Part shown: piece by piece, positions 1 to 10,083 of the stretch
How positions within the stretch are numbered: position 1 is the stretch's first letter
Layout: every line of letters starts with the position of its first letter
IMG/VR virus record: IMGVR_UViG_3300042307_001176
Location: 64,001 to 128,000 of that record
DNA: 64,000 nucleotides
Source: a virus
Reading direction: 5' to 3' (one strand)
Notes under the pieces: model-generated
Told to the model about the DNA's origin: nothing
What the model saw: only the letters and a program-made list of their open reading frames with translations
Database searches by the model: none
Program-made: the position numbers and the translations under genes

Positions 1-410
1 TTTGAACCATCTATTCCACCATTCATTAAATATGATTTATATCTAATTTTTGGGAATATTTTCTTAATTGTTTTTTTCCATGGATTCATAATTTCTTCTG
101 CAGATTCTTCTCCTAAAATATTATAGATATCTAATAGCCTCTTCTGTCTTTGTATTAGTGATTCTGATTCTAATACGGATCTTACAATTTCATCCCCATC
201 TACAGCATGAAATACTTTTAAATCTGCTATTGTGTCCTCGTTAATTTTACACCTTACTTGGTATGTCTCTAATTGAATATGCTTAGTTTTCGTGGTTAAT
301 TTTAAATGAGGATAATCCGGATTATCTGGGTGTGAGGTAAAATCTAAATATGTAATAATATTATGACCAGATGTTGTTTCTGAATGTTTTGCTGTGTCTA
401 AAAATTTCAT
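1..410 (-). CDS. gp23/gp24 capsid-fold-like protein, runs off the window edge
   Basis: Manual translation from ATG at 410 gives ...TYQVRCKINEDTIADLKVFHAVDGDEIVRSVLESE..., resembling the T4 gp23 segment SRQLKAAYSIELAQDLRAVHGMDADAELSGIL; not in the ORF track. Confidence 0.45.
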   Translation of the reverse strand, partial: MKFLDTAKHSETTSGHNIITYLDFTSHPDNPDYPHLKLTTKTKHIQLETYQVRCKINEDTIADLKVFHAVDGDEIVRSVLESESLIQRQKRLLDIYNILGEESAEEIMNPWKKTIKKIFPKIRYKSYLMNGGIDGS

Positions 411-815
411 ATTATATTTATTATTTATATCTTACTCAGATTTATGCCCGATTGTTTCGTTTTTTTGTGAATGTTTATAATAAAACCACAAATTATTTTG
501 TAATATTAAAAAATTATTATTGGTTAAAAATGATTTAATATATACATTATTAAAAAATAAAATTATGAATCATAATTACAATGAATATTTAGAAAGTATT
601 AAGAAAAAACTTGATGCTATGAATAAAGCAGCAGGAGTAGATCCGGAAGCTAGCAAAGAGTTCCAAAAGCATATGCAACAATCAGAAATGCCTTCAAATG
701 ATATCTTTGATATGCTTGGAAATGGAGCTAAAATGTGGATGGAAAAAAATCAAAATCAAAATCCTATGTAACTAAATGGGTTTCTAACAATAAGATTAGG
801 AACTTTAAAACATAA

Positions 816-1694
816 TTGATGAGGGAATTTAAGATTATCAATAGGATTACAAATACTACCGATAATATATCTAGATATTTTGCCGAAATAAGTAAGTACG
901 AAATATTAACCCCAGAAAAAGAAGCAGAATTAGCAGTTAAATCAAAAAATGGAGATACTAAAGCTAAAGATCTTATATTAAAATCCAATTTAAGATTTGT
1001 CGTATCAGTTGCTAAAGCTTATTCTTCACCACAAAACCCTTTAGAGGACCTAATATCAGAAGGTAATAAAGGTCTAGTAGAAGCTATAGAAACATTTGAT
1101 CCTTCTACAGGTTTTAAATTTATTAGTTATGCTGTATGGCACATCCGAAAGAATATATTTCTGTATATGCAAAATAGTTCAAGATCAGTTAGAATACCGA
1201 CTAATGTAACACAGCAATTAAGGAAATATCAATCATTAGAGGAGAGCTTTATTTCTTATAACGGAAGAGAACCTTCAGTAGATGAGATGTTATTATTAAT
1301 AGAAGAAAACACAGATATCAAATTATCAGAATCAGCTATTGAGGCTATTAAAAATACACCGAGATCAATTCCTTTAGAAAGCAGTACAAATCCTAGCGAT
1401 GATGAATCGTTCAGTCCTATCAATTGGATAGAATCTGAAAATAGCACTGATAGTAATATAATAAGCGAGGATTTAAAAAAATCTATAGCAAGTATTCTTT
1501 CAGAGCTTAAACCAATGGAAAGGGAAATTACTATACTTAAATATGGACTAGGAGAAAATAAAGAACCACAAACATTTGGACAAATTGGTGAATCGTTTGA
1601 AAGAAGCCCAGAATGGGCTAGAGGCGTATCTAATATGGCTGAAAGAAGAATAAGGGCTATTATTAATCGAAGAAATTTAAAAGGAAGTATTTAG
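816..1694 (+). CDS. sigma70-family (RpoD/RpoS-like) RNA polymerase sigma factor
   Basis: Region 2 motifs SNLRFVVSVAK, DLISEGNKGL, FDPSTGFKFISYAVWHIR; C-terminal region 4 HTH. Confidence 0.92.
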   Translation: MMREFKIINRITNTTDNISRYFAEISKYEILTPEKEAELAVKSKNGDTKAKDLILKSNLRFVVSVAKAYSSPQNPLEDLISEGNKGLVEAIETFDPSTGFKFISYAVWHIRKNIFLYMQNSSRSVRIPTNVTQQLRKYQSLEESFISYNGREPSVDEMLLLIEENTDIKLSESAIEAIKNTPRSIPLESSTNPSDDESFSPINWIESENSTDSNIISEDLKKSIASILSELKPMEREITILKYGLGENKEPQTFGQIGESFERSPEWARGVSNMAERRIRAIINRRNLKGSI

Positions 1695-2005
1695 ACAAGA
1701 TCTAATACTTCTATTTTAAATGGCATTTTAGTTCCATATCTATAAATACAAAACTTTTCAAATTCTTCATCAGTCATATTATCTGTACTGAATTCCATTT
1801 TACCCCATTCTAATTCTTCAGATCCTTCTTTAGTGTACTTATCAAATATTTCTTTTGATATGATAATCTCAGATTCTAGTGAATGATTTAATTGAGCTTT
1901 TATTTTATTTGCTCTTTCTTTAGAAGCTGTTATTGATTCTATCCATTCTTTCTTTCCTCCGGAATCTAGCGATGAACCTCTAATAAGATAAACTTTTTTA
2001 CTCAT
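1691..2005 (-). CDS. hypothetical protein
   Basis: 104 aa ORF. Confidence 0.6.
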   Translation of the reverse strand: MSKKVYLIRGSSLDSGGKKEWIESITASKERANKIKAQLNHSLESEIIISKEIFDKYTKEGSEELEWGKMEFSTDNMTDEEFEKFCIYRYGTKMPFKIEVLDLV

Positions 2006-2242
2006 TTTTTTCTTCTTGATTTAATACGTGATTCCATTATTAAAATCTCTATCTCTTCTAATCTTAATCTTTCCGCCCAAGATAATTGTTTTCTTCCGTT
2101 TATAAAAAACCACCCGAATGTTTTATTAAACAGGAATATTATTTTTCTAATCCTAAATTTTATATAATATGATTTCATATTGTTACTGCTAAATTAAAAA
2201 TTAATATACTATAATAAATAAAAAGTTTTAAACAATCATTGG

Positions 2243-2842
2243 TTAATCCCACCAATGTCCCATTCCTGATCCATCGTACCAATTATCCCAAACCCCTTCC
2301 TTTCTCTGTTCAGGAGTCGTTTTATCTAATAGCATTATATAATGAGAGTGTTCTTGTCCGTGGAAAATAGTCCATAGCTCTTTCCATTCTTTATCCTCTA
2401 TTTCTTGAGAAAGATCCCTAATTATATTATTTGCTCCTTTTATTTCCTCTGGCTCATCGTCACAAAAAGTATAGTCATAGTTCATTTCACATCCTAGTTG
2501 AGACTCTGCAATTTCCATGTATTTGTCTTCTGTGATATTATTAAGAATTTCTATTGCTCTTTCTATCTTTGCAACTTTCTTTAATCTAGGCACATCAACT
2601 TCTCTACCTTTGATTATAGAATCTCTCAAAGGTTCTAAAGATTTTGAAAGGATCTTTAAATTATATGTGTGATCCCAAGGCCTAAAATTCCATATCACTT
2701 TCCAAAAGAAAATTATATTCTTTACTCCTTTAGGTATATCATATCTTAGGAAATACCAAGTTTTCCAATACCATCTTTCTCTTTTGGATATACGTTCTAA
2801 GCTTTCCCAAAAGCTATCTGCAAATTTTACTTTCATAATCAT
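2243..2842 (-). CDS. hypothetical phage protein
   Basis: 199 aa Trp-rich ORF ending in GHWWD. Confidence 0.7.
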   Translation of the reverse strand: MIMKVKFADSFWESLERISKRERWYWKTWYFLRYDIPKGVKNIIFFWKVIWNFRPWDHTYNLKILSKSLEPLRDSIIKGREVDVPRLKKVAKIERAIEILNNITEDKYMEIAESQLGCEMNYDYTFCDDEPEEIKGANNIIRDLSQEIEDKEWKELWTIFHGQEHSHYIMLLDKTTPEQRKEGVWDNWYDGSGMGHWWD

Positions 2843-2900
2843 TATACATATAAATCATTTAATGTTTTCAAAATAGGATATATATTAAATATTAATCAAC

Positions 2901-3761
2901 ATGAAGCATTTAAAATCTATAGAAGAATTCAAAGCAGTTAATGAACAGCTTTTTGGAAATTTTGGAAAAAGATTATCCGATGCAATATTCGGAGATCCTA
3001 ACGATACTACAAAAACGAGCGAATCACCAATATCTGGATCAATAACTAATATTCCAGTATCTGGAGATAAAGCTAAGAACGTTCAAGCTCTTATGGATGC
3101 AATGAAAAGACATGGAATAACTAACCCATATACTCAAAGAGCAATTCTTGGATGTGTAGGAAAAGAGTCAGGGTTTATTCCGCAAGACGAAACAAGTTAT
3201 AGAAACACTTCTAATGATAGAATACGTAAAATATTTGGCAAAAGAATTACTGTTAGTGATGCTGAGCTTGATACAATAAAAAAAGATGATGTTAGATTCT
3301 ATGATATGGTTTACGGAAAAGAAGCAGCAAAATCTTTCGGTTGGGATACGGGTAATACAGCACCTGGCGACGGTTACAAATATAGGGGTCGAGGATTTAA
3401 CGGTATAACTTTTAAAAGTATTTACCAAAAATATCAAGATATATTGAATAAAGACGGTAAATTAGGTAAATCTGTAGATATAGTGAATAATCCAGATCAA
3501 TTAAATGAAATTGATGTAGCAGCAGAAGCAGCAGTATTATTCTTTATTAATGGCGCAAAAAGTGATACAATGCAAAGAAAATATGGTACTAAAGATATCA
3601 ACACATTTGCTGATCAAAATACAGCTTTAAAAGGAATAGTTAATATTAATGCTGGATTAGGTAACGATGTTACTAGTACATATTTAGGAGGCTTACAAAA
3701 AGCTACAGATATAGCAAATCAATTTAATATTACTGCTACTGGAGCATCTAATATGGCTTAA
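2901..3761 (+). CDS. glycoside hydrolase family 19 (chitinase/lysozyme-like), possibly virion-associated
   Basis: GNTAPGDGYKYRGRG GH19 motif and KESGF; MKHLKSIEEF N-terminal peptide; GATATATA upstream. Confidence 0.8.
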   Translation: MKHLKSIEEFKAVNEQLFGNFGKRLSDAIFGDPNDTTKTSESPISGSITNIPVSGDKAKNVQALMDAMKRHGITNPYTQRAILGCVGKESGFIPQDETSYRNTSNDRIRKIFGKRITVSDAELDTIKKDDVRFYDMVYGKEAAKSFGWDTGNTAPGDGYKYRGRGFNGITFKSIYQKYQDILNKDGKLGKSVDIVNNPDQLNEIDVAAEAAVLFFINGAKSDTMQRKYGTKDINTFADQNTALKGIVNINAGLGNDVTSTYLGGLQKATDIANQFNITATGASNMA

Positions 3762-3788
3762 TTTCTAACGATTTAGATAAATACGCTA

Positions 3789-4136
3789 TTATTTTTTAAA
3801 CTTATTTGGATACATGATTCTTAGAGGGTGTCCATGAGGAATATCTTTCACCCTAATTCCTGCTACTTTTTCCTCTGGACATGTGTCTTCTTGTCTAACC
3901 ATTCGGTTATTCATCCACGTTTCAATTTTAATAAAGTTGTTTCTACAAGCCCAAGTTTCTATTGATCTGTTCCATGAAGATCCCACGCCGAATGGAAACA
4001 TAACATTGGAATTGTTTACCACATCCATTATTTGACTTCCTTGGAGTTCGATTTTAATCTCTCCAAAGTTTCTGTGTTTAATAATCATTGTTCTTTGATT
4101 AAAATTCTCGTATAATTCTATATGTTCCATTACCAC
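3789..4136 (-). CDS. hypothetical protein with MxHIxxYENF N-terminal peptide
   Basis: ORF; MEHIELYENF. Confidence 0.6.
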   Translation of the reverse strand: MVMEHIELYENFNQRTMIIKHRNFGEIKIELQGSQIMDVVNNSNVMFPFGVGSSWNRSIETWACRNNFIKIETWMNNRMVRQEDTCPEEKVAGIRVKDIPHGHPLRIMYPNKFKK

Positions 4137-4702
4137 GGGTTACTTGATTTAATTCCTAAAAGCTTTCTGTATCTTGCCACGTTGCAAGACCAGTATTTAG
4201 CACTCCATTTAGGCCCTGGATTATCACATCTCATTCTTTTCTGAAATGATCTTGCTTTTTTAGGATCGCTGTTGTTAACTCTCATACCTGGTTGACCAAA
4301 TCCCACTTTAACAACATTGCCTTTTTCATTTTTGGTGTATACACCAAATTTCCTAGGTCCCGAAGGTGTTCTGAATGGCCGATTGAGATCTACTTTTCTA
4401 CCTCTATACTCTGCCTCGTGTAGCTCTTCTACATCTTCAAAAGGTATGTCAAGAAGAACCTCTCTTCCTTCATATATTCCCTTTTTGCCAGCGTCTGTTC
4501 CGACCAACCAAATTTCATCTTCGGTTAGACCAATTTTTCCTGAATAATATAAATCTCTTGATTCGTTGACTAGATCTAACCAACTTTCCGATTCTAATCT
4601 AAAAACGCTCTCTAATATACCTATACCTTCATTTAGATGGTATGATAAATTTTCAGATAATGTATAGTTTTTAAAGCCGTTAAAATCGCTTATATGCTTC
4701 AT
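4130..4702 (-). CDS. conserved T4-like phage hypothetical protein (basic C-terminal domain)
   Basis: LNRPFRTPSGPRKFGVY...KVGFG...ARSF..R..CD...YWSC pattern of T4-like phage proteins. Confidence 0.65.
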   Translation of the reverse strand: MKHISDFNGFKNYTLSENLSYHLNEGIGILESVFRLESESWLDLVNESRDLYYSGKIGLTEDEIWLVGTDAGKKGIYEGREVLLDIPFEDVEELHEAEYRGRKVDLNRPFRTPSGPRKFGVYTKNEKGNVVKVGFGQPGMRVNNSDPKKARSFQKRMRCDNPGPKWSAKYWSCNVARYRKLLGIKSSNPW

Positions 4703-4710
4703 TATATTTT

Positions 4711-5436
4711 TTATTTAATCAGATTATTTTGTGATATAATATCAGCAATCATTCTTGATATTTTAGTATCTGATGGATAATGTATCCCTGTTACCTCTCT
4801 GCTATTTGCAATTTTTTCACCTAATTTTTTTAAATCTTCTGAAATTTCTGGATGTTTCTTTGAATAATGATCAGCCATTACAAAACCAGTAAGTGCGTGA
4901 CCACTGGGATATGCTGCTGTCATAGCATCAGTACGCATAAGTGGATAAAGGGATAAATTATAAGCTTTAGCAAGTTGATATGGTCTTGGACGATTTATAA
5001 CATTCTTAAGAAAATTTAGTATCACGTCAGTTTGATTATCTACCATGAAATATTCTTCCATAGTTTCATTGTATCCTTTAGATTGTAAAAGATCTATAAA
5101 CAAGTTAGGAAGATTATTTTGATCGTCTGCATATCTAGCAAAAGTTAGATCATCTCCAGTTGCCTTGCTAGTTTTTTCTATTAAAATAGAGAGATCTTCT
5201 TTTGTCGTTTCACTACTGTTAAGTGGCGCTTCTTCTATGATTTTTTTAATAAGCCCCTCTTTTTGAAACCATTCTTTTATTGAATCATTATTATCCTCTA
5301 TGATTTCTTTAAATTCTATAGGTGAATTTCCATATACTATTTCATCTAAATTATCTGACATATCATTAATATAATATGACGTTTTTTCGGATAGTGAAAT
5401 GTTTTTAAATGCGTTAAAATCGCTTATATGCTTCAT
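4711..5436 (-). CDS. PAP2-superfamily acid phosphatase
   Basis: KxxxxRPRP, YPSGH and SR...GIHYPSD motifs. Confidence 0.85.
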   Translation of the reverse strand: MKHISDFNAFKNISLSEKTSYYINDMSDNLDEIVYGNSPIEFKEIIEDNNDSIKEWFQKEGLIKKIIEEAPLNSSETTKEDLSILIEKTSKATGDDLTFARYADDQNNLPNLFIDLLQSKGYNETMEEYFMVDNQTDVILNFLKNVINRPRPYQLAKAYNLSLYPLMRTDAMTAAYPSGHALTGFVMADHYSKKHPEISEDLKKLGEKIANSREVTGIHYPSDTKISRMIADIISQNNLIK

Positions 5437-5467
5437 ACAAAGTATATATCTAAAATCTATTTTTAGA

Positions 5468-5908
5468 TTATTCCTCTTCGTCTAGATCTTCCTCCACGTC
5501 TAAATCTCCTCTAAGATACATTACATAAAGGTCGTTAGTGTTTTGAAGTGTGGTAGTATCTTTATTGTTAATTACCCAATATGAAATTCCTTCTTCGTTT
5601 TCCGAAAGAGATATTTTATGTGACAATATCCATTCTGCAAAATCAATAGCATGTTTTCTTTTCTTAATCGTCTCTTGTACTACTTGATGTGTTTTTTTAG
5701 CTTCAAGATTAAGCTTCACTTTATTCCATTTTTGGTCAGGAATACTATCTAAAAACTCTTCTAACCTAATATCTAGGTTTCTAATTTCACTCCGGAATTC
5801 TTTATCGTTTATAGTTTTTGAATCCTGCCAAGCTTCCTTAGCATCTTTCCAAATTATCCAGAGCCTAAAGAAATCATAGATTCTTCTCATTTTATTTTTT
5901 CTAACCAA
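5468..5908 (-). CDS. hypothetical protein
   Basis: 146 aa ORF in a minus-strand run. Confidence 0.6.
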   Translation of the reverse strand: MVRKNKMRRIYDFFRLWIIWKDAKEAWQDSKTINDKEFRSEIRNLDIRLEEFLDSIPDQKWNKVKLNLEAKKTHQVVQETIKKRKHAIDFAEWILSHKISLSENEEGISYWVINNKDTTTLQNTNDLYVMYLRGDLDVEEDLDEEE

Positions 5909-6162
5909 TTAACAAAGTGCTGCTCAGGAGTTAGTTCGTCCCATTCATAGTCAGTAAAACCTTTCTTGCAGTATTCTCCAAAGTTGATCATATCAACAGC
6001 AGTAAATCCTGGTGTTCTTTTAAGCACATCCTCGACTCTTTCTGGTGTTGCATTTTCACCTTCTTTTTCGATTAATTTCCATTCCTGTTCAATAGCATCC
6101 GAGTCCATACTATTAAATTTCTCTGCTAACATTGCAGTTAGTTTCATTTCATTTAGATTCAT
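5887..6162 (-). CDS. hypothetical protein
   Basis: 91 aa ORF overlapping its neighbours. Confidence 0.6.
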   Translation of the reverse strand: MNLNEMKLTAMLAEKFNSMDSDAIEQEWKLIEKEGENATPERVEDVLKRTPGFTAVDMINFGEYCKKGFTDYEWDELTPEQHFVNWLEKIK

Positions 6163-6622
6163 ATTCTTTTATTTGTTTTATATAAGGTGCATAAACTGAT
6201 GTTCTTACTGATCCTGATCCTTCGTAAGAATCTATAGGTATCCAACGAGTAACTATTGTTTCATCTTCTTTGCTTTCACAAGGAAATGCTATAACTGTGG
6301 TGTCTTTGATATCTTCTCCCTGACAAAATAACTCTTTCCACGTTGACACATCTAAATAATTTCTTAATGCACTCCATGGCTCCATATCCGTTTTTAACCA
6401 CATATTATCATCTGTCCTTATAGCATCTTCGATTTGTTTTTGTACTTCTTCAACCAACGCTCTTTTTTGATCAGCTGATAATCTTTTTCCAAAGTTCATA
6501 AGTAATTCAGTGGGATATGTTGCAGAAGCTATCGAGTATCTTCCGCAGAAATATCTTAAAGAAGACCAAGTGAGTGTCCATTCCCAATCACTTAAAGGCT
6601 GAATTTTCTTTTCTTTTTTCAT
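6149..6622 (-). CDS. hypothetical protein
   Basis: 157 aa ORF. Confidence 0.6.
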   Translation of the reverse strand: MKKEKKIQPLSDWEWTLTWSSLRYFCGRYSIASATYPTELLMNFGKRLSADQKRALVEEVQKQIEDAIRTDDNMWLKTDMEPWSALRNYLDVSTWKELFCQGEDIKDTTVIAFPCESKEDETIVTRWIPIDSYEGSGSVRTSVYAPYIKQIKEYESK

Positions 6623-6684
6623 GTCTGTTATATTTTAATTATGTGTTTAAGTTTCTTCGTATAAAAAGAAAAGATAAATATAAT

Positions 6685-7017
6685 ATGATAGAAGGCTATG
6701 TTTATCTTATTGTAGAAGGAGATCAGTACGGAGAGGAGAAGTATAAAATTGGAATCACTAAAAATGACCCTCAAGAAAGATTAAAGAAATTAAAAACTGG
6801 TAATTCCGGAGATCTATCTGTGCTTAAAACATATAGAAGCAGAAATTATAAAAAGATAGAAAGATGGCTTCATAGAAAATATAAATTGCAGAGAACATTA
6901 TCTAATAATGAATTCTTCCATCTGACTGATTCTGAAGTTATTGGTTTTACCGAGGATTGCAAAAAAATAGATGAGATTGTTTCAACACTAAGCGAATTGA
7001 ATCCTTTCTTTAAGTAG
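6685..7017 (+). CDS. GIY-YIG / T5orf172-like nuclease domain protein
   Basis: GYVYLI...YKIGIT...RLKKLKTGN...IERWLH...EFF; start set at the ATG at 6685. Confidence 0.8.
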   Translation: MIEGYVYLIVEGDQYGEEKYKIGITKNDPQERLKKLKTGNSGDLSVLKTYRSRNYKKIERWLHRKYKLQRTLSNNEFFHLTDSEVIGFTEDCKKIDEIVSTLSELNPFFK

Positions 7018-7018
7018 T

Positions 7019-7603
7019 TTATTTTTTATCTTTTCTATTAGCTTTAGCTTGCTTGTATAAAGCTTTATCACCCATCTTTGTTGTTTTACCTCCTGTTACA
7101 AAAGAATTAACTCTAGCCATTGCCCATTGTTGTGGTGTTGTTCCTGGAATATGACCTATTTTCCAAGCTGCATAACCCCTTTTCCATACCTGAGTTAATA
7201 TACCTTGGGGAAATCCAGTCTTATCTGATTTATTCTTTAGAGCTTTTTTTACTGGGCTACCAGCAGAAGTTACTCCCTCATTTAAGAATCCCTCAATTTC
7301 AAGGATCTCATCTTCTGATAAAGATTCTAATAAATCTATAAACTCATTTTCTATTTCTTCTAAGACACTCATGAATTGATAAGGGTCTGTCATTAAATTT
7401 TCCCCAAACATTTCTTTGTATTTTTTAGTGTATTTGCTTGTTTTGGTTTTTACTGGCTTACCCTTTCCTGCTTTGCGCGATTTATAATCAGCATCCCATG
7501 GACCATAAGCAGAAGAATCAGAATCATCTTTGCCACCATGTTTTTTTATCTCCCTTTTCATCACATTAGGATTAGTAGACAAGTATTTTTTTGGGTATTT
7601 CAT
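7019..7603 (-). CDS. conserved viral hypothetical protein (DUF5824-like)
   Basis: QVWKRGYAAW..GH.PGTTPQQWAMARVNSF motif. Confidence 0.6.
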   Translation of the reverse strand: MKYPKKYLSTNPNVMKREIKKHGGKDDSDSSAYGPWDADYKSRKAGKGKPVKTKTSKYTKKYKEMFGENLMTDPYQFMSVLEEIENEFIDLLESLSEDEILEIEGFLNEGVTSAGSPVKKALKNKSDKTGFPQGILTQVWKRGYAAWKIGHIPGTTPQQWAMARVNSFVTGGKTTKMGDKALYKQAKANRKDKK

Positions 7604-7678
7604 TCAATATATATTCAATTTTGTTAAAACATTTTTTTAATTAATAAGAAATTTCTATCTTTACCTAAAATTAAGATA

Positions 7679-8098
7679 ATGGAGTTCCAAAGGAGCAAAT
7701 ACAGCAGAAGAATTAGAAAGAAAAAGAGGGTCGGCGAATTCAGACAATATGGATTTTGTATTGATGTTTACTGTGGTCCAGATCCAGATGGAAAAATTGT
7801 AGATGAGATAATCAATATTGTCATATCTAGAGGAATGGATTGTACAGGTGGAGGTGATCAGGAGAAATACCAATTCTTTTTTGATAGTCTAAAAAACGAA
7901 TCAGATAAAGAATGGGTTTCTAATGAAATTAAAAAAATCGAGGAAGTAGAAGATGTAGTTTATTACGGAACTGTTGATGTGTGGCACGATGATGCAGATC
8001 AATATTTTGAAGAAGTCGATAAAATCAGAAAAGAATATGTCGAGAATTATTTAAAAAAACAAGAGGATGAGAAAACTAGCGACAATTCAGAAAATTAA
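7679..8098 (+). CDS. yggL: YggL-family (DUF469) 50S ribosome-associated protein
   Basis: N-terminal SRRIRKKKRVGEFRQYGF, a GGG motif and C-terminal VDVW. Confidence 0.7.
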   Translation: MEFQRSKYSRRIRKKKRVGEFRQYGFCIDVYCGPDPDGKIVDEIINIVISRGMDCTGGGDQEKYQFFFDSLKNESDKEWVSNEIKKIEEVEDVVYYGTVDVWHDDADQYFEEVDKIRKEYVENYLKKQEDEKTSDNSEN

Positions 8099-9086
8099 AG
8101 AAATCCTTCCAATTGAAGGAGCAGATGCTATTGAGTTAGCAATTGTAAACGGATGGAAAGTAGTAGTGGGAAAAAACGTAGAACACAAAGAAGGTGATTA
8201 TGTTATTTACTGTGAGATTGATTCGTTTCTTCCTATAAAAGAAGAATTTGAATTTCTTAGAAAGTCATCATATAAAAAAATGGCAGATGGCACTGAGGGA
8301 TTCAGATTGAGAACAATTAAACTTAGAGGACAAGTTTCTCAAGGTCTAATTATTCCTATAAATGTTCTTATGAGATATAAGAATTTTCAAGTTGAATTTG
8401 AAGAAGGATCTGACGTATCTGAAATTTTAGGTGTCGTTAAATATGAACCACCTATACCTGCAGAGTTATCTGGAATAGCTAAAGGATTATTTCCTGGATT
8501 CATTCCAAAGACTGATGAGGAAAGGATTCAGAATCTTTCTGAAGTATTTGAGACATGGAAAGAAGAACATAAATTCTATGTGACAGAAAAGCTAGACGGA
8601 AGTTCTGCTACATACTATTACAAAGATGGAGAATTTGGAGTATGCTCTAGAAACTTAGAGCTTTTAGAAACTGAAGGAAATTCATTCTGGAAAGTTGCAA
8701 GAAATCTAGATCTAGAGAACAAAATGAAATCTTTAGGATACAATGTGTGTTTCCAAGGTGAATTAATTGGCGAGGGTATACAAGGTAATCCTTATAAAAT
8801 ATTAGGACAGACGGTTAAGTTCTTTAATGTGTTCAATATTGACACCCGTGAATATGTGGGATTAACAGAATTTGTTAATACTATTCATGGATTAGGACTT
8901 GATACTGTACCTAAGATTGAAACAGAATTTACTTTACCAGATACAATAGAGGATCTTTTATCTTATGCAGATGAAAAATCTTCATTAAATTCAAACTTTG
9001 ATCGAGAAGGCGTAGTTATAAGAAGTATAGACAGAACAATATCATTTAAAGTGATTAGTAATAAATTCCTACTGAATGAAAAATAG
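8067..9086 (+). CDS. RNA ligase, DRB0094 family
   Basis: N-terminal IEGADAIE...EIDS, FIPKTDEERIQN, motif I EKLDGSS, QGEL, EGVV, FKVIS. Confidence 0.9.
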   Translation: MRKLATIQKIKEILPIEGADAIELAIVNGWKVVVGKNVEHKEGDYVIYCEIDSFLPIKEEFEFLRKSSYKKMADGTEGFRLRTIKLRGQVSQGLIIPINVLMRYKNFQVEFEEGSDVSEILGVVKYEPPIPAELSGIAKGLFPGFIPKTDEERIQNLSEVFETWKEEHKFYVTEKLDGSSATYYYKDGEFGVCSRNLELLETEGNSFWKVARNLDLENKMKSLGYNVCFQGELIGEGIQGNPYKILGQTVKFFNVFNIDTREYVGLTEFVNTIHGLGLDTVPKIETEFTLPDTIEDLLSYADEKSSLNSNFDREGVVIRSIDRTISFKVISNKFLLNEK

Positions 9087-10083
9087 AAAAGTTCCAAAAA
9101 ATAATGTGGAGGTTACGGAAAGAATAAACAATTTAATTAATATAAATAGAAAAATGAGAGATAGACACATATCATTTGAGGATGATGATTTAGAATCAAT
9201 AGACACGCAAAAACACACACAATGGTCAGTATTACAAAGTGGTCAATTTGCTCCATCTTATGTTTCAATATCACAAGTACCTTCTGGGCTTTATGAAATG
9301 AAATGGAATAGTTCATTACAGACTTGGGTTATTGCTAAGCAAGCTTTAAATATTGATGAACTTTACGAGCTTCCATCGCCAGAGATTGAAAGCATTCTAA
9401 GTGATATAAAAATATTCTGGAGAAAAAGAGAAACCTATAGGGAGTATAACTTCGTACACAAAAGGGGTATTTTACTTTACGGAGATCCTGGGTGTGGTAA
9501 ATCTGGAATTATACAGCTTTGCGTTAAAAACCTAATAGAGGAAGAGAATGGTATTGTTATTAATATCAAAGAAGATGAGGATTTTAAAGCATTTGTTGAA
9601 ATGGTTCCCACTATAAGATCTATTGAACCAGAAAGACCTCTTATTGTAATACTAGAAGATATTGACTCATTAGCAGGGGAAGACAGATATTCAACAACAA
9701 AATTGCTTAATATTCTAGATGGGGTTAAGCAGATAGAAAATGTTGTTTATATAGCAACAACAAACTATCCGGAAAAACTACAAGAACGTATTACTAATCG
9801 TCCATCAAGATTTGATAGAAGATACGAGGTGCAAATGCCTTCAGGCGAAATTAGAGAAGCTTATATAAAAAATAAGCTTACTGACGAAGATCTTAAAAAA
9901 ATAGATATTAAAAAATGGATAGAGCTTACTGACGGAATGTCTCTTTCACACTTAAAAGAATTAGTAATTTCTGTTGTAGTAATGAGTAAAGACTTTGATG
10001 AATCAATTGCTACCCTTAATAGTATGGGAGAAAAACCTAAGGTTACAAGCAGGAAGAAATCTAAATTAGGATTTGGAAATTAA
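9076..10083 (+). CDS. AAA+ ATPase
   Basis: Walker A GDPGCGKS, Walker B ILEDID, TTNYPE, RPSRFD. Confidence 0.9.
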   Translation: MKNRKVPKNNVEVTERINNLININRKMRDRHISFEDDDLESIDTQKHTQWSVLQSGQFAPSYVSISQVPSGLYEMKWNSSLQTWVIAKQALNIDELYELPSPEIESILSDIKIFWRKRETYREYNFVHKRGILLYGDPGCGKSGIIQLCVKNLIEEENGIVINIKEDEDFKAFVEMVPTIRSIEPERPLIVILEDIDSLAGEDRYSTTKLLNILDGVKQIENVVYIATTNYPEKLQERITNRPSRFDRRYEVQMPSGEIREAYIKNKLTDEDLKKIDIKKWIELTDGMSLSHLKELVISVVVMSKDFDESIATLNSMGEKPKVTSRKKSKLGFGN

